A stretch of DNA of 64,000 nt from Vicinamibacteria bacterium (GTDB lineage Bacteria; Acidobacteriota; Vicinamibacteria; Fen-336; JAGNNV01). The notes beneath the pieces were generated by a model. The model ran no database searches. It was given only the letters and a program-made list of their open reading frames with translations, and had not been told where the DNA came from. The position numbers and the translations under genes were made by a program. The stretch spans positions 1,832-65,831 of the forward strand of contig JAIBCN010000138.1 of the NCBI GenBank assembly GCA_019694155.1, written 5' to 3'. Shown here piece after piece: positions 28,703 through 38,720 of the stretch (positions within the stretch are counted from its first letter, which is position 1; every line of letters starts with the position of its first letter).

Positions 28703-31700
28703 ATGGGCGAGGTTTCACTCACGCGACGTGTGGCGGCCGGAGCCGCCATTGCGGCGACCGTCGCCGGCGCGTTGACCCTCGGCAGGTGGTGGGTAGCGGG
28801 CTGGCAACGATCCGACTTCTCCCCCGATTTCGGCGGCCCCATGGCGCCCCTCGCGGCGATTCTCGTTCTCGTCCTCGGCGGCGCGACCGCCCTTCACGCC
28901 CTTTGGCCGGCCACGCAGTTCATCCGGAGGCTGGGTCTTGCGGCGATCTCCGCAACGCTCGTTGGCGCCCTTCTCGCCGCAACGCAGGCCACATTGCTGA
29001 GCCCGGCCTGGACCCAATGGAAGAAGGGCTCCCCCGATTTTCTGGGCTTCCTTCCCGTCGGCAACATGTCCATCCTCACCATCGCCTCCCTGCTCCTCGC
29101 CGCCGCGGGGCTCATGGCGGCCCTCGACGTTGTGCCCCAGAACCCGGGATCGTGGTGGCGGTGGGTTCCTGCCCCGGTCGGACTGGGGCTCAGCGGGGCC
29201 GTGGGGCTGCTCTATGCGTCAGGCGGCCTCCTCGTCGACGGGACCAGGATCGTCCCCATGGCGTTGACTACCGCCGTCGTGCTCGCGCCGCTACACCTGG
29301 CCCTGCTGCTGCTGGGGCCTCTGGGCGACGTCATTTCCCGGATCAGGGCCCATCACGCGGGCCCCCTGCCCGCCCTCGCCCGGTCCTTCAACGCCCGGCT
29401 CGCCGCCGCCGGCGGAGTCATCGGCCTTCTCATTCTCCTCGCCGGCATCCTCTATGTGCGGCGGGAGCAGGCGAACACCCGCATGGTGATGTTCGAACAG
29501 CTCGACGCCATCACGCGCTTGAAGGCGGCGCAGGTGAGTGCTTGGAGGGGCGAACGGATGGCCGAGGCCATCTTCCTGCGCAACACCCCTGGTGTGGCGA
29601 AGGACATCTCGGCCCTGGTCGATCGCCCCGCCGACGGGGCCGCGCGGCAGGCCGCACTGGGCTGGCTCGCCGGCATCAAGGGCGGCGAGCGTTATCAGTC
29701 GATTCGCGTCTTCGAACCTTCGGGCCGCCTGCTTCTGTCGCTCCCCGCCACCGCGTCCCCTTCGGCGCCGGAGGCGCTCAACCGGGCGCTCTCCAGATCG
29801 GAGATCGTCTTCACGGACATTCATAGAAACACCGATGACCCGTCCACCCATTTCGACCTCGTTGTCCCCATCGTTCCCCCGCCTGCCGCCAGGCGAGGAC
29901 CGGCCGGCAAGGCGGTCGCCGCGATCGTGCTTCGCCTCGATCCCCGTCAGTCCCTGTTTCCGCTCGTCGAAACCTGGCCGGTCCATACTCAGACAGGCGA
30001 GGTACTGCTCGTCCATCATCAGAGCGGGACGGTCTCATACCTGAACCGGCCGGATGTCCCGGCCCGTCTTGCGACCGAAGCGATGCCGGGCGCCGCGGGC
30101 GGCCTGCCGCCCGACCATACGGACGGCGCCCGCGAAGCACGTGACTACCGCGGTGTGCTCGTATTGGAGGCGGTTCAGAGGATCCCCCAGTCCCCGTGGA
30201 TCCTCATCGCCAAGATCGATCGCGCGGAGGCATTCGCGCCCACCCGGGGACAGGTTGCGCAGACGGCGCTGCTCGTCGCTCTGCTTCTCGTCTCCATGGC
30301 CCTGGTCTTCGCCTTCGTGGCGCGCGAGCGGCAGACCCTCTTCCTGAGGCGGGCCCTCGCGGCCGAGCGTCAGGGAACCACCCTCGCCCAGCGGCTGGCG
30401 CTCGTCACCGAGAACGCGAACGACGTCATCTTCCTCTTCGACCCCGCCATGCGGATCGTCGAAGTCAACGAGCGCGTGACTTCCATGCACGGATGGACGC
30501 CGGCCGAAATGAAGGCCATGACCCTCCTCGATCTGCACGCTCCGGACGCGCGGCTGCCGTGCAGTGAGGCCTTTGCCCGCGTCTCCAAGGGTGCGGGCGA
30601 GGTCCTCGAAACCGTTCATCGCCGGAAGGATGGCTCCAGCCTCCCCGTGGAGATCAGCGCGCGGCCCGTGACTCTGGGGGGCGAGAAATATCAGCTCGCG
30701 ATCGTACGGGACATCACACAACGGAAGGCGCATGAAGCGGAGATTCAAAGGCTCAATCGGCTCTATGCCGCGCTGAGCCAGGTCAACGAGACCATCGTTC
30801 GCGCCACCCAACGCGACGAGTTCCTGAACGATGTCTGCGACCGACTGGTCAAACACGGCGGCTTTCCCATGGCCTGGATCGCCTGGACCGACCCCGCCAC
30901 CGGGTCCATCAGCCCGGTGGCGCAATCGGGCGACCGGGATGGCCACCTGGATCGGGTGCGGGCGCGATCCGCGACAAGCACCGGCCCGGCGGGGCGAGCC
31001 ATCGCGACGAACCGGCCCTTCTCCTGCGCGGACCATCGCGACGAACCGGCGGTGCTGGAATGGCACTCGTTCCTGAAAGAAGCCGGTTTCTCGGCAGCGC
31101 TCGCCGTGCCCATCCGAATCTCCGGATCCGCGGTCGGCGCCCTCACCGTCTACACCGCGGAAGAAGACACCTTTGGGGCGCAGGAGACAGAACTCATCGA
31201 AGAGGTTGCGGCGGACATCGCTTTCGGTCTCGAGGCCCTCGACGTCCAGAAGCGACGGCGAGATGCGGAGAGCGCGCTGCGCGAGAGTGAAGAACGCCTG
31301 CGCCTGGCGCTTGCCGCGGCGCAGCAGGGCCTGTTCGACCTGGATCTGCGCACGGGCAAGGCGGTGGTGAGTCCCGATTACGCCACCATGCTCGGCTACG
31401 ATCCGGAGACCTTCACCGAAACCAACCAGGCCTGGCTCGACCGGCTGCACCCGGACGATCGCGAGGCCGTCGGCGCCGCGTTCAGCGAATACATGGACGG
31501 CCGGCGGCCCGACTACCGGATCGAGTTCCGGCAGCGCACGGCCAGCGGGGCCTACAAGTGGATCCTCTCGCTCGGGCGAGTGGTGGAGCGCGCCCCGGAC
31601 GGCACGCCCCTGCGCATGCTCGGCACCCACACCGACATCACGGAACGCAAGACCCACGAAGCCGAGATCCTGGCCGGGCAGGCCCGGCTGACCGCAACCC

Positions 31701-32698
31701 TCGACGCGATCCCCGACCTGATGTTCGAACTCGGCCTCGACGGCCGCTACTACGCCTTCCACTCTCCGAACACGGACCTCCTTGCCGCTCCACCCGAAGC
31801 GCTCATCGGCCGTACGGTCGCTGAACTCCTCCCCCCGCTGGCCGCCGCCGTCGTGCTCGAAGCCCTGAACGAAGCGAATGCGGTCGGCCGCTCTCTCGGA
31901 AGTCAGTTCGAACTGGACCTGCCCGTGGGCCGTCGGTGGTTCGAGCTTTCGGTGTCCCGCGCCCATGTGGAACCCGGACAGGGTCCGCGCTTCATCGTCC
32001 TCTCCCGCGACATCACGGAGCGCAAGAATGCCGAACAGGCGATGAAGGCGTCCCTTCGCGAAAAGGAGGCCCTGCTGAAGGAGGTCCATCACCGGGTAAA
32101 GAACAACCTCCAGGTCATCACGAGCCTCCTGCGCCTGGAGACCGGGCGGAGCAGCGACCAGGGCACGAAGCTCGTTCTTCGGGAGATGCAGGGCCGCATT
32201 CGCTCCATGGCCCTCCTCCACGAGACCCTGTACCGAAGCGGGAATTTCGCGCAGGTCGACCTCGCGGCCTACCTGCGGCAGCTCGCCACCCAGCTCTTCC
32301 GAGGGCAGAACGCGGATCCCGCGCGAATCGACCTGGCGCTGGATCTCGCACCCACGCTGCTCGCCATCGACCAGGCCATCCCCTGCGGCCTCATCGTGAA
32401 CGAGCTCGTCACGAACGCCATGAAGTACGCATTCTCCGACGGGCGCAAGGGAGAGATCCGGATCGTCGCCGGCTCGCAGGGCGGGCTCATTCGCCTGGTG
32501 GTGAGCGACAATGGCCGGGGCCTGCCTCCCGACTTCGACGCGCGGCGCGACGCGTCCCTGGGCCTTCAGCTCGTGGCCGACCTGGCGAGACAGCTCACCG
32601 GCGACCTCGACGTGCAGCCCTCTCCGGCCGTTTTCACCATTACGTTCCCCGCGGATCTGCGCCGTCCGACCGTGGAGATCACCCGCCCGCCCGCCTGA
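28703..32698 (+). CDS. multi-domain sensor histidine kinase (polytopic membrane sensor, PAS, GAF, PAS, PAS, HisKA_2, HATPase_c)
   Basis: ATG at 28703 (MGEVSLTRRV), giving 1331 aa. ~7-8 TM helices plus an extracytoplasmic segment, three PAS blocks (DITQRK, DITERK, DITERK), a GAF, HHRVKNNLQVITSLL (HisKA_2 H-box), and G-boxes DNGRGLP..GLGL. The upstream part of track ORF 26921..32698 is antisense to nagZ/ldcA. Confidence 0.8.
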   Translation: MGEVSLTRRVAAGAAIAATVAGALTLGRWWVAGWQRSDFSPDFGGPMAPLAAILVLVLGGATALHALWPATQFIRRLGLAAISATLVGALLAATQATLLSPAWTQWKKGSPDFLGFLPVGNMSILTIASLLLAAAGLMAALDVVPQNPGSWWRWVPAPVGLGLSGAVGLLYASGGLLVDGTRIVPMALTTAVVLAPLHLALLLLGPLGDVISRIRAHHAGPLPALARSFNARLAAAGGVIGLLILLAGILYVRREQANTRMVMFEQLDAITRLKAAQVSAWRGERMAEAIFLRNTPGVAKDISALVDRPADGAARQAALGWLAGIKGGERYQSIRVFEPSGRLLLSLPATASPSAPEALNRALSRSEIVFTDIHRNTDDPSTHFDLVVPIVPPPAARRGPAGKAVAAIVLRLDPRQSLFPLVETWPVHTQTGEVLLVHHQSGTVSYLNRPDVPARLATEAMPGAAGGLPPDHTDGAREARDYRGVLVLEAVQRIPQSPWILIAKIDRAEAFAPTRGQVAQTALLVALLLVSMALVFAFVARERQTLFLRRALAAERQGTTLAQRLALVTENANDVIFLFDPAMRIVEVNERVTSMHGWTPAEMKAMTLLDLHAPDARLPCSEAFARVSKGAGEVLETVHRRKDGSSLPVEISARPVTLGGEKYQLAIVRDITQRKAHEAEIQRLNRLYAALSQVNETIVRATQRDEFLNDVCDRLVKHGGFPMAWIAWTDPATGSISPVAQSGDRDGHLDRVRARSATSTGPAGRAIATNRPFSCADHRDEPAVLEWHSFLKEAGFSAALAVPIRISGSAVGALTVYTAEEDTFGAQETELIEEVAADIAFGLEALDVQKRRRDAESALRESEERLRLALAAAQQGLFDLDLRTGKAVVSPDYATMLGYDPETFTETNQAWLDRLHPDDREAVGAAFSEYMDGRRPDYRIEFRQRTASGAYKWILSLGRVVERAPDGTPLRMLGTHTDITERKTHEAEILAGQARLTATLDAIPDLMFELGLDGRYYAFHSPNTDLLAAPPEALIGRTVAELLPPLAAAVVLEALNEANAVGRSLGSQFELDLPVGRRWFELSVSRAHVEPGQGPRFIVLSRDITERKNAEQAMKASLREKEALLKEVHHRVKNNLQVITSLLRLETGRSSDQGTKLVLREMQGRIRSMALLHETLYRSGNFAQVDLAAYLRQLATQLFRGQNADPARIDLALDLAPTLLAIDQAIPCGLIVNELVTNAMKYAFSDGRKGEIRIVAGSQGGLIRLVVSDNGRGLPPDFDARRDASLGLQLVADLARQLTGDLDVQPSPAVFTITFPADLRRPTVEITRPPA

Positions 32699-33622
32699 TC
32701 ACCGAGCCATCGCGGCCCCGGCGGCCCCGCGCAGAGCCCGCGCCTCGGCGACGAGTTCGGCGACGGCATCGGACAAGGCGGAGTCCTGGGACTGGGCGGG
32801 GTAAGGGGCAGCTCCCGCGGCGCGGGCATCTTCAGGATCGCCGAGACCCGCTTCACGGAACCGGCACAGCCGTTCGATCACGAGATCGCGAATCTCGACC
32901 GCGTTCGTGACCCCTTCGAAGACGCCCAGGTGGAGCGATGCTTCCTCGCCGTGACCCTTGGCCCCGGCCACGGGGTCGCCCCCGCCCGCGGAGCGCACGC
33001 ACACGTCGGCGAGACCGAGGAAGCGCTGAAGGGGCCCCTGGCGGATCTCCACCTGCTGGATGTTGGCGAAGCTCATGGTCGACTCCTGCAGCCTGAGGAT
33101 TCCCGTGCGGATCCTGAGGCTCCGGTCGGTGACGATGTACCAGTGCTGCTCGAATTCGAGCCGGACGATCGCGTAGGTGATGACCATCTGAAGCAGGAAG
33201 ATCAAGATACCGACGAACTCGATGAACTCGATGAGGGGAACCACATACGAGGGAGTTCTGGCCGCGACCCTGGCGATCGCCCGCTCCTGAGCCCGGCGAC
33301 GTTCCTCGCGGGTGCGGGGCCTCGGAGAAGGAGATGCTTCGGGTGTTTCGGAAGGAGCGTCGATGGTCGGCGAGGGAACGGGCGAGGCGGCGCGTTCACG
33401 TGCCCGGTCCAGGCCGGCCTCCAGCGCGCTCAGAAAGACGAGGGAAAAGCCGATGCCGATGAGCGCACCGGCCTGGCCGAAGTACCAGCGCAGAACACGC
33501 AGGCGGTAGTGATTGAGCCCCGCGCGGAAGACCCGCACCGAGCCCGGCGCTCCCTGCGGCGGCTCAGGTTCATGAGGGACGCGCATCAGGCGCAGGACGC
33601 GCGCCTTCACCCATTCAAACAT
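32699..33622 (-). CDS. YdbT-like bacterial PH (bPH_2) domain membrane protein
   Basis: Likely start MFEWVKARV (8-nt overlap with the upstream stop). TM hairpin plus bPH_2-like C-terminal region. Confidence 0.65.
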   Translation of the reverse strand: MFEWVKARVLRLMRVPHEPEPPQGAPGSVRVFRAGLNHYRLRVLRWYFGQAGALIGIGFSLVFLSALEAGLDRARERAASPVPSPTIDAPSETPEASPSPRPRTREERRRAQERAIARVAARTPSYVVPLIEFIEFVGILIFLLQMVITYAIVRLEFEQHWYIVTDRSLRIRTGILRLQESTMSFANIQQVEIRQGPLQRFLGLADVCVRSAGGGDPVAGAKGHGEEASLHLGVFEGVTNAVEIRDLVIERLCRFREAGLGDPEDARAAGAAPYPAQSQDSALSDAVAELVAEARALRGAAGAAMAR

Positions 33623-34169
33623 GGGGGCGCCCCTCCTTCCCCGGCTCGCGGGCCTCCAGGATCCGCCGGGTCTCGCGGATCTCCCGCGCCACTTCGAGAA
33701 GCGCCGCCACGAGGTCGGGCGAACCTGCCGGCGAAGCCGGGGACGCCGCCGCCTTCGGCGCATGCGACGGGTCCGACACCCCGCGCATTCTCGAATAGAG
33801 GAAGTCCCGCACCAGCTCGAATTCCTTGATGCCCTCGATGGTCATCTCCGCGCCGGAGTTGCCGCTCGCCGTCTGCACGAGGATCCGCCCGAGCCCGAGC
33901 CAGCGCTCGATGAGGTTCGAGCGCAGGTGGATGTCCTGGATGCGCGCGTAGTTGATGATGGTCTCGCGCCGGAAGAGGATGCCCCAGCTCATCGAAAGCC
34001 CCTCGGCGGTGAACTTGTAGCGAAGGGTGTGGTACTTGAACCAGAGAACGAGGGCGGCGAAGGGGAAGAGAATGAGGAATGCGAGCGACGAAATGAGGTA
34101 GTAGGTCCACAGATCCTTGTGGGGCTTCTCTATGGCGAGGACCGTGGCCTCAGCTTGAGGGTTCGTCAT
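33615..34169 (-). CDS. YdbS-like bacterial PH (bPH_2) domain membrane protein
   Basis: 184 aa. Two TMs (YYLISSLAFLILFPFAALVLWF) followed by a PH-like domain (RYKFTAEGLSMSWGILFRRETIINYARIQDIHL). Confidence 0.7.
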   Translation of the reverse strand: MTNPQAEATVLAIEKPHKDLWTYYLISSLAFLILFPFAALVLWFKYHTLRYKFTAEGLSMSWGILFRRETIINYARIQDIHLRSNLIERWLGLGRILVQTASGNSGAEMTIEGIKEFELVRDFLYSRMRGVSDPSHAPKAAASPASPAGSPDLVAALLEVAREIRETRRILEAREPGKEGRPHV

Positions 34170-35151
34170 GGGGGGTCACCATACCAAGCAGCCGCTCCAC
34201 CGCCGCGACCGCCTGTGCGAAACGCTGCGCGTAGCCGCCCGAGAGCCTTGCCACCGGAGTCCGTCCCTTCGCGAGCTGTTCCGCGAATCGCTGGTCCATC
34301 CATTCCCGGATGTGCTCGCCGTCCCGCAGCCCGTCCTGCACGAAAGGGACATCGGGAGCGGTCAGGAGGTAGAGATCGACCTTGTCGCGCGCGCCCACCG
34401 CATCGACGCGGGGATCGCGGACGCCGCGATAGCGCTCGTGCCAGGTGCCGGTGGCGAATGCGTTCGTGTCCGCGAAGAGAACCCGGTTCGCGCGGCGGGC
34501 CGCGGCCTCCTCCCTCTTCTGCTGTTCCAGGGCGATCTCCAGGAACTCGTCGGGCGACCAGGACGGCGGCGCATCGCCCGGGGTCCACCTTCCGATCTTC
34601 CGCTCCCAGTGCTCGCGCGCGAACTCGGGAACCCATTCGGTCCGGAACCGCTCCGCGAGCAGCCCGGCGAGCGTCGTCTTCCCCGTCGACTCGGCGCCGA
34701 TCACGACCACGCGCTTCGCGTACCACGCGCGCACGCAGGGCTCGAGAAAGTCGAGGTGGTCGAGCGGCGCCGCGCGGATTCGCGTGGCGGAGATGGGAAC
34801 CACCCGGCGCTCGCGGTCGACCATGACGTGGCGGGCGCCGAGAAGCCGGGCGAACTCCGGGCCGTAGTCCTCGCTGCTGAAAACCACGTCCGGGGCGAAG
34901 CCCAGATAGCGAAGAGTGAACTCCGCCCACTCGCGGCTGTCGTCCTCCAGTTCGTCCGGCACCAGATCGATCTCGCAGTCGGGATGGATCTCCTCGAGCC
35001 AGGCTTTGCGAACCTCGCCCGGGATGGTCTGCGAGGGATGATGGGGAACCATCACGATCAGACGATCGACCTGCCGCCGCGCCTCGTCGATCAGGTACTT
35101 GTGCCCCCGGTGCGGGGGATAGAACTTCCCGACGATGAAGCCGAGCGTCAT
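34150..35151 (-). CDS. nadR: NadR-type NMN adenylyltransferase / ribosylnicotinamide kinase (no HTH)
   Basis: N-terminal (H/T)IGH-like nucleotidyltransferase (GKFYPPHRGHKYLI) and a C-terminal P-loop kinase (GAESTGKTTLAGLLAERF). Confidence 0.75.
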   Translation of the reverse strand: MTLGFIVGKFYPPHRGHKYLIDEARRQVDRLIVMVPHHPSQTIPGEVRKAWLEEIHPDCEIDLVPDELEDDSREWAEFTLRYLGFAPDVVFSSEDYGPEFARLLGARHVMVDRERRVVPISATRIRAAPLDHLDFLEPCVRAWYAKRVVVIGAESTGKTTLAGLLAERFRTEWVPEFAREHWERKIGRWTPGDAPPSWSPDEFLEIALEQQKREEAAARRANRVLFADTNAFATGTWHERYRGVRDPRVDAVGARDKVDLYLLTAPDVPFVQDGLRDGEHIREWMDQRFAEQLAKGRTPVARLSGGYAQRFAQAVAAVERLLGMVTPHDEPSS

Positions 35152-35783
35152 GACCGGCCTCCCGCTGCGGCTGCCTGCCGTTGCCGGCTTTCGTAGGCGT
35201 CACGCCACCCGAGGAGGCCGAGCACCGCCATGATCAGGAAGACCGCGTAGAGCATCGCGGTGAGGTTCAGGCCCCGGGAGACGTAGAGCGGTATGTAGAT
35301 CGCGTCGGCCACGATCCAGATATGCCAGTTCTCGAGGCGCTTCCGGTTGAGAAGCCACTGCGCCCCCAGGCTCAGGGACGTGGTGAGGGCGTCCCAGAAC
35401 GAGGACGAGCCGCCCACGAAATGCAGTGTCTTCCACAAGAGAAGGGTGCTCAGCAGCACCGCTCCGGCCACGAGCCGCAACTCGGAGGAACCGGCGCGGC
35501 TCACGCGCAGAGCGGTGTGTCGCTCGCCGCCGAAGAGCCAGAGGTACCAGCCCATGACGCCGAGGATGCAGTACACGACGTTGAGGGAGGCGTCACCGTA
35601 GAGCCGCGACTGGAAGAACACGACGCTGTAGCCGGCGGTGTTGACGATGCCGATCGGGAAGTTCCAGACACTCTCCTTCACGGTCAGCCACACCGCCACG
35701 GCGCCGGTCGCGAAGGAGACCGCTTCGAGCGCTGAGGCCCGGCCGGTCGCCGCCGTGAAGACCGCGAGCGCGGTCACCCCCAT
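35148..35783 (-). CDS. pnuC: nicotinamide riboside transporter PnuC
   Basis: C-terminal 211 aa of track ORF 35148..36350. The multi-TM segment with WLxxKEsvWNFPIGivNTAGYsvvFF and the W..NRKRLENW motif is characteristic of PnuC. The exact start (35783 vs GTG/TTG slightly upstream) is uncertain. Confidence 0.7.
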   Translation of the reverse strand: MGVTALAVFTAATGRASALEAVSFATGAVAVWLTVKESVWNFPIGIVNTAGYSVVFFQSRLYGDASLNVVYCILGVMGWYLWLFGGERHTALRVSRAGSSELRLVAGAVLLSTLLLWKTLHFVGGSSSFWDALTTSLSLGAQWLLNRKRLENWHIWIVADAIYIPLYVSRGLNLTAMLYAVFLIMAVLGLLGWRDAYESRQRQAAAAGGRS

Positions 35784-35839
35784 CGTGAGAGCCGCGAGGA
35801 CCGCGGTGTCGCTGCGCCGCGAGGGAGTGGGGGTGTCGC

Positions 35840-36397
35840 TCAACGCGCCTGCAACCGCCCCTGCCGAATGCCCTCGTGCTCGAGCACGGCCCCAAGCGCC
35901 GCGCTCGACCACTCGGCTCTGGGCAGGGACTCGAGGTCGAGGAACGGCGTCTTGCTGGCCGCGAGAAGGGCCAGGACCTTGCGATCGATTTCCCGCACGA
36001 ACACGACGTCGGTGTCGCGGAAGCCGTCGTCCTGGGCCTCGGATAGAACAGGCACGCGAATGAGGAGGTCGTAGGTCTTCATCCACATCTCCACGAACTT
36101 CTCGACGGCGAGGTCGCGGCCGCAGGCCAGGAAGAAGTACGCGTAGTTGTCGAGGGCGGCGCGGTCGCACACCACCACATCGGAGTGCGAGGAGGCGCGA
36201 ATCTCTTCCGCGACCTGGGTGGTGAGGATCCAGAGCTGGGCCTCGCGCGACGTCTTGCGATTGACGGGCAGGGGCGAATGACGCGCCACTTCCTTCACCA
36301 TGTCCACGTTCACACCCCGGCGCTTCAACTGCGCGGCCAGATCGAAACAAAGCGTCGTCTTCCCCACCCCGTGCGAACCCACAAAAGCGATCTTCAT
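35840..36397 (-). CDS. AAA/P-loop ATPase (NadR-kinase-like, AAA_28-type)
   Basis: MKIAFVGSHGVGKTTL Walker A. ~185 aa, in a NAD-salvage gene context. Confidence 0.7.
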   Translation of the reverse strand: MKIAFVGSHGVGKTTLCFDLAAQLKRRGVNVDMVKEVARHSPLPVNRKTSREAQLWILTTQVAEEIRASSHSDVVVCDRAALDNYAYFFLACGRDLAVEKFVEMWMKTYDLLIRVPVLSEAQDDGFRDTDVVFVREIDRKVLALLAASKTPFLDLESLPRAEWSSAALGAVLEHEGIRQGRLQAR

Positions 36398-36475
36398 GCG
36401 AGCGGTACTTTAATGGCCGCGCCCCCGCCCGAGCTGCGGCTCGGCGCCAGGCGCCGCCCGGCTATCATCGAGGGG

Positions 36476-36796
36476 ATGGCCGACCTGTACGAGCCGTACG
36501 AAAAGCTGATACCCATTGAGGTGCTCGGGAAGCGCTTCGAGGTGCCCGAGAACAACATCCTCCTGCGGCAGCTCCAGTTCGTGGCTCCCGATGTCGGCAC
36601 GGGCGGCTATTGCTGGAACGCGGAGTGCCGCTACTGCGAGATCAAGTACGAGGTCGAGGGCCGGACCATGACCGGGCTCGCCTGCCGGGTGAAAGCGATG
36701 CCGAACTTCAAGGTGACGAAGCTCGCCCCCGAGCTGAAGTACAACATCTCCGAGGCGCTGCGGAACGCTCCGCCCGTGGAGCCCGACAAGGCCTAG
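36476..36796 (+). CDS. hypothetical small Cys-containing protein
   Basis: ATG at 36476 preceded by GAGGGG. CWNAECRYCEI motif. An alternative ATG at 36403 would leave only 6 nt to the divergent gene. Confidence 0.4.
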   Translation: MADLYEPYEKLIPIEVLGKRFEVPENNILLRQLQFVAPDVGTGGYCWNAECRYCEIKYEVEGRTMTGLACRVKAMPNFKVTKLAPELKYNISEALRNAPPVEPDKA

Positions 36797-37482
36797 TCCA
36801 GCGAGGCCTCGACGAGCTTCCCCTCCTGCAGGCGCAGGATCCGGTCGCTGCGCCTCGCGAGCGTTTCGTTGTGTGTGGCCCAGAGGATCGCGATGCCCCG
36901 CTCCCGGGCCACGGTGTGGAGCTCCTCGAACAGTGCCGACGCCGTGCGCGGGTCCAGATTCCCGGTCGGCTCGTCGGCCAGGAGCACACGGGGGTCGCCC
37001 ACCAGGGCGCGCGCCACCGCGACGCGCTGCTGCTCTCCGCCCGAAAGCGCGTCGGGGGCGTGATGGAGCCGCGCGGCAAGGCCGAAGCGCTCGAGGAGCG
37101 CGCGCGAGGCCTCGGCGGCCGACGCATCCGGAACCCCGCGCAGCCGGAGCTTCATGGCCACGTTCTCGATCGCGGTGAACTCGGGGAGAAGGTGGTGGAA
37201 CTGGAAGACGAAGCCGATCCCCTCGTTGCGCATCCGCGCCCGCCCCGCGGCGTTCACCGCGAAGAGCGACGTGCCCTCGAGGAGCGCCTCTCCGCGGTCG
37301 GGCGCGTCGAGCGACCCAAGGACGTTGAGGAGCGTCGACTTCCCCACTCCCGAAGCTCCGAGGAGAGCCACAACTTCGCCCCTGGCGACGCCGAGATCCA
37401 CGCCGCGCAGGACATCGACGGGGCCGAGAGGCCCCTGGTAGGACTTCCAGATGTCGCGCGCCTGAAGCACCATCCCGCTCAT
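36793..37482 (-). CDS. lolD: lipoprotein-releasing system ATP-binding protein
   Basis: Start MSGMVLQARDIWKSY overlaps the lolC/E stop (ATGA). Walker A GASGVGKST, signature LSGGEQQR, Walker B LLADEPTGNLD. Confidence 0.85.
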   Translation of the reverse strand: MSGMVLQARDIWKSYQGPLGPVDVLRGVDLGVARGEVVALLGASGVGKSTLLNVLGSLDAPDRGEALLEGTSLFAVNAAGRARMRNEGIGFVFQFHHLLPEFTAIENVAMKLRLRGVPDASAAEASRALLERFGLAARLHHAPDALSGGEQQRVAVARALVGDPRVLLADEPTGNLDPRTASALFEELHTVARERGIAILWATHNETLARRSDRILRLQEGKLVEASLD

Positions 37483-38714
37483 TCGGACCTCAGGCCCTCG
37501 GTGGGCAGAAGCGAGGCGGCCCTGCCGGCGGGGTACAGCGTCGCGATAAGGCTCACGAGAAGAGACCCCGCCACCACCATGGCCGCGTCCTGAGGCAGCA
37601 GCTTGAAGGGAAGGTACGCCACCTGGTACACGTCGGCGGGAATCCTGATGATCTGGTAGCGGTCGAGCACCAGGCACGCGAGCGTCCCCGCCCCCGCGCC
37701 GAGAGCCGTCCCCAAAGCTCCGAGGACGGCGCCCTGCCAGACGAACACGCGGCGGATCAGCTCCCGCGTGGCTCCAAGCGACATGAGCACCGCGATGCTG
37801 CGGCGCTTCTCGGTGACCATGATGATCAGGGTGGCCACGATGTTGAGGGCGGCCACCGCCATGATCAGGCCGATGGTGAGAGCGATGGCGATCTTCTCGA
37901 GCTGGAGCGCTTCGAAGAGGCTCCGGTTGGTCTCGATCCAGTCGGTGGTGACATAGCCCGAGCCCACCGCCCGCACGATCTCGGTCTGCGCGGCGTCGAC
38001 GGCGTACATGTCCTTGAGCCGGGCCTCGACCATGACCGAGCCCGAGCCCGAGGGCGCGAGCAGCCGCTCCGCCTCCAGAAGCGAGATCCAGGCCCAGCCG
38101 GCATCGAACTCGTACAAGCCGGTCTTCGCGATGCCCGCCACCCGGAACTTGGCGAGAAGCGGCATCTGCCCGAAGGGCGTCAGCCGTCCGCGGGGGATGG
38201 TGAGCGTCACGATGTCGCTCTGCCCCACGGCCAGAGAGGTCGCGATCTCCCGCCCGAGCACGATCCCCGGGAAGCCCTGACCATGCGGAGGAAGATCCTC
38301 GAGCGAGCCTTCGATCACCTGCCGCGGAAGGTCGGTGACTTCGCCTTCCGCGCCGCTGATGCCCTTGATGGTGGCGACTCTCTGGGACGAGGGTGACGAG
38401 ATCAGGGCCTGGCCGTAGAACGAGGGGGCGGCGCCGAGCACGCCGGGGAGCTTCGCCACCTTCGCCGCCACGCCGGTGGGGTCCTCGAAGAGTTCTCCCC
38501 GTGATTTGAAGACGGAGACGTGTGCGGTGGCCCCGAGGATGCGTCCGCGTATCTCGCCCTGCAGCCCGGTCATCAGGCCGAGGGCGATGAAGAGCGCCAT
38601 CACGCCAACCGCGATGCCGAGAACGGCGATGGTCGCGATGACCGTGAGAAATCCCCCGCCCTGTCGCTTGAGCAGGTAGCGAAGAGCGATGGAAAGATCC
38701 AGGGGGATGCGCAC
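37479..38714 (-). CDS. lolE: lipoprotein-releasing system permease (FtsX-family, LolC/LolE)
   Basis: 411 aa. N-terminal TM, large periplasmic loop and three C-terminal TMs. LRYLLKRQGG start is typical. Confidence 0.85.
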   Translation of the reverse strand: MRIPLDLSIALRYLLKRQGGGFLTVIATIAVLGIAVGVMALFIALGLMTGLQGEIRGRILGATAHVSVFKSRGELFEDPTGVAAKVAKLPGVLGAAPSFYGQALISSPSSQRVATIKGISGAEGEVTDLPRQVIEGSLEDLPPHGQGFPGIVLGREIATSLAVGQSDIVTLTIPRGRLTPFGQMPLLAKFRVAGIAKTGLYEFDAGWAWISLLEAERLLAPSGSGSVMVEARLKDMYAVDAAQTEIVRAVGSGYVTTDWIETNRSLFEALQLEKIAIALTIGLIMAVAALNIVATLIIMVTEKRRSIAVLMSLGATRELIRRVFVWQGAVLGALGTALGAGAGTLACLVLDRYQIIRIPADVYQVAYLPFKLLPQDAAMVVAGSLLVSLIATLYPAGRAASLLPTEGLRSE

Positions 38715-38720
38715 TCAGTC

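Noticed and set aside
35784-36350. N-terminal 190 aa of track ORF 35148..36350
   Set aside because: It overlaps the P-loop ATPase gene (35840..36397) out of frame. Only the C-terminal 211 aa are PnuC-like.
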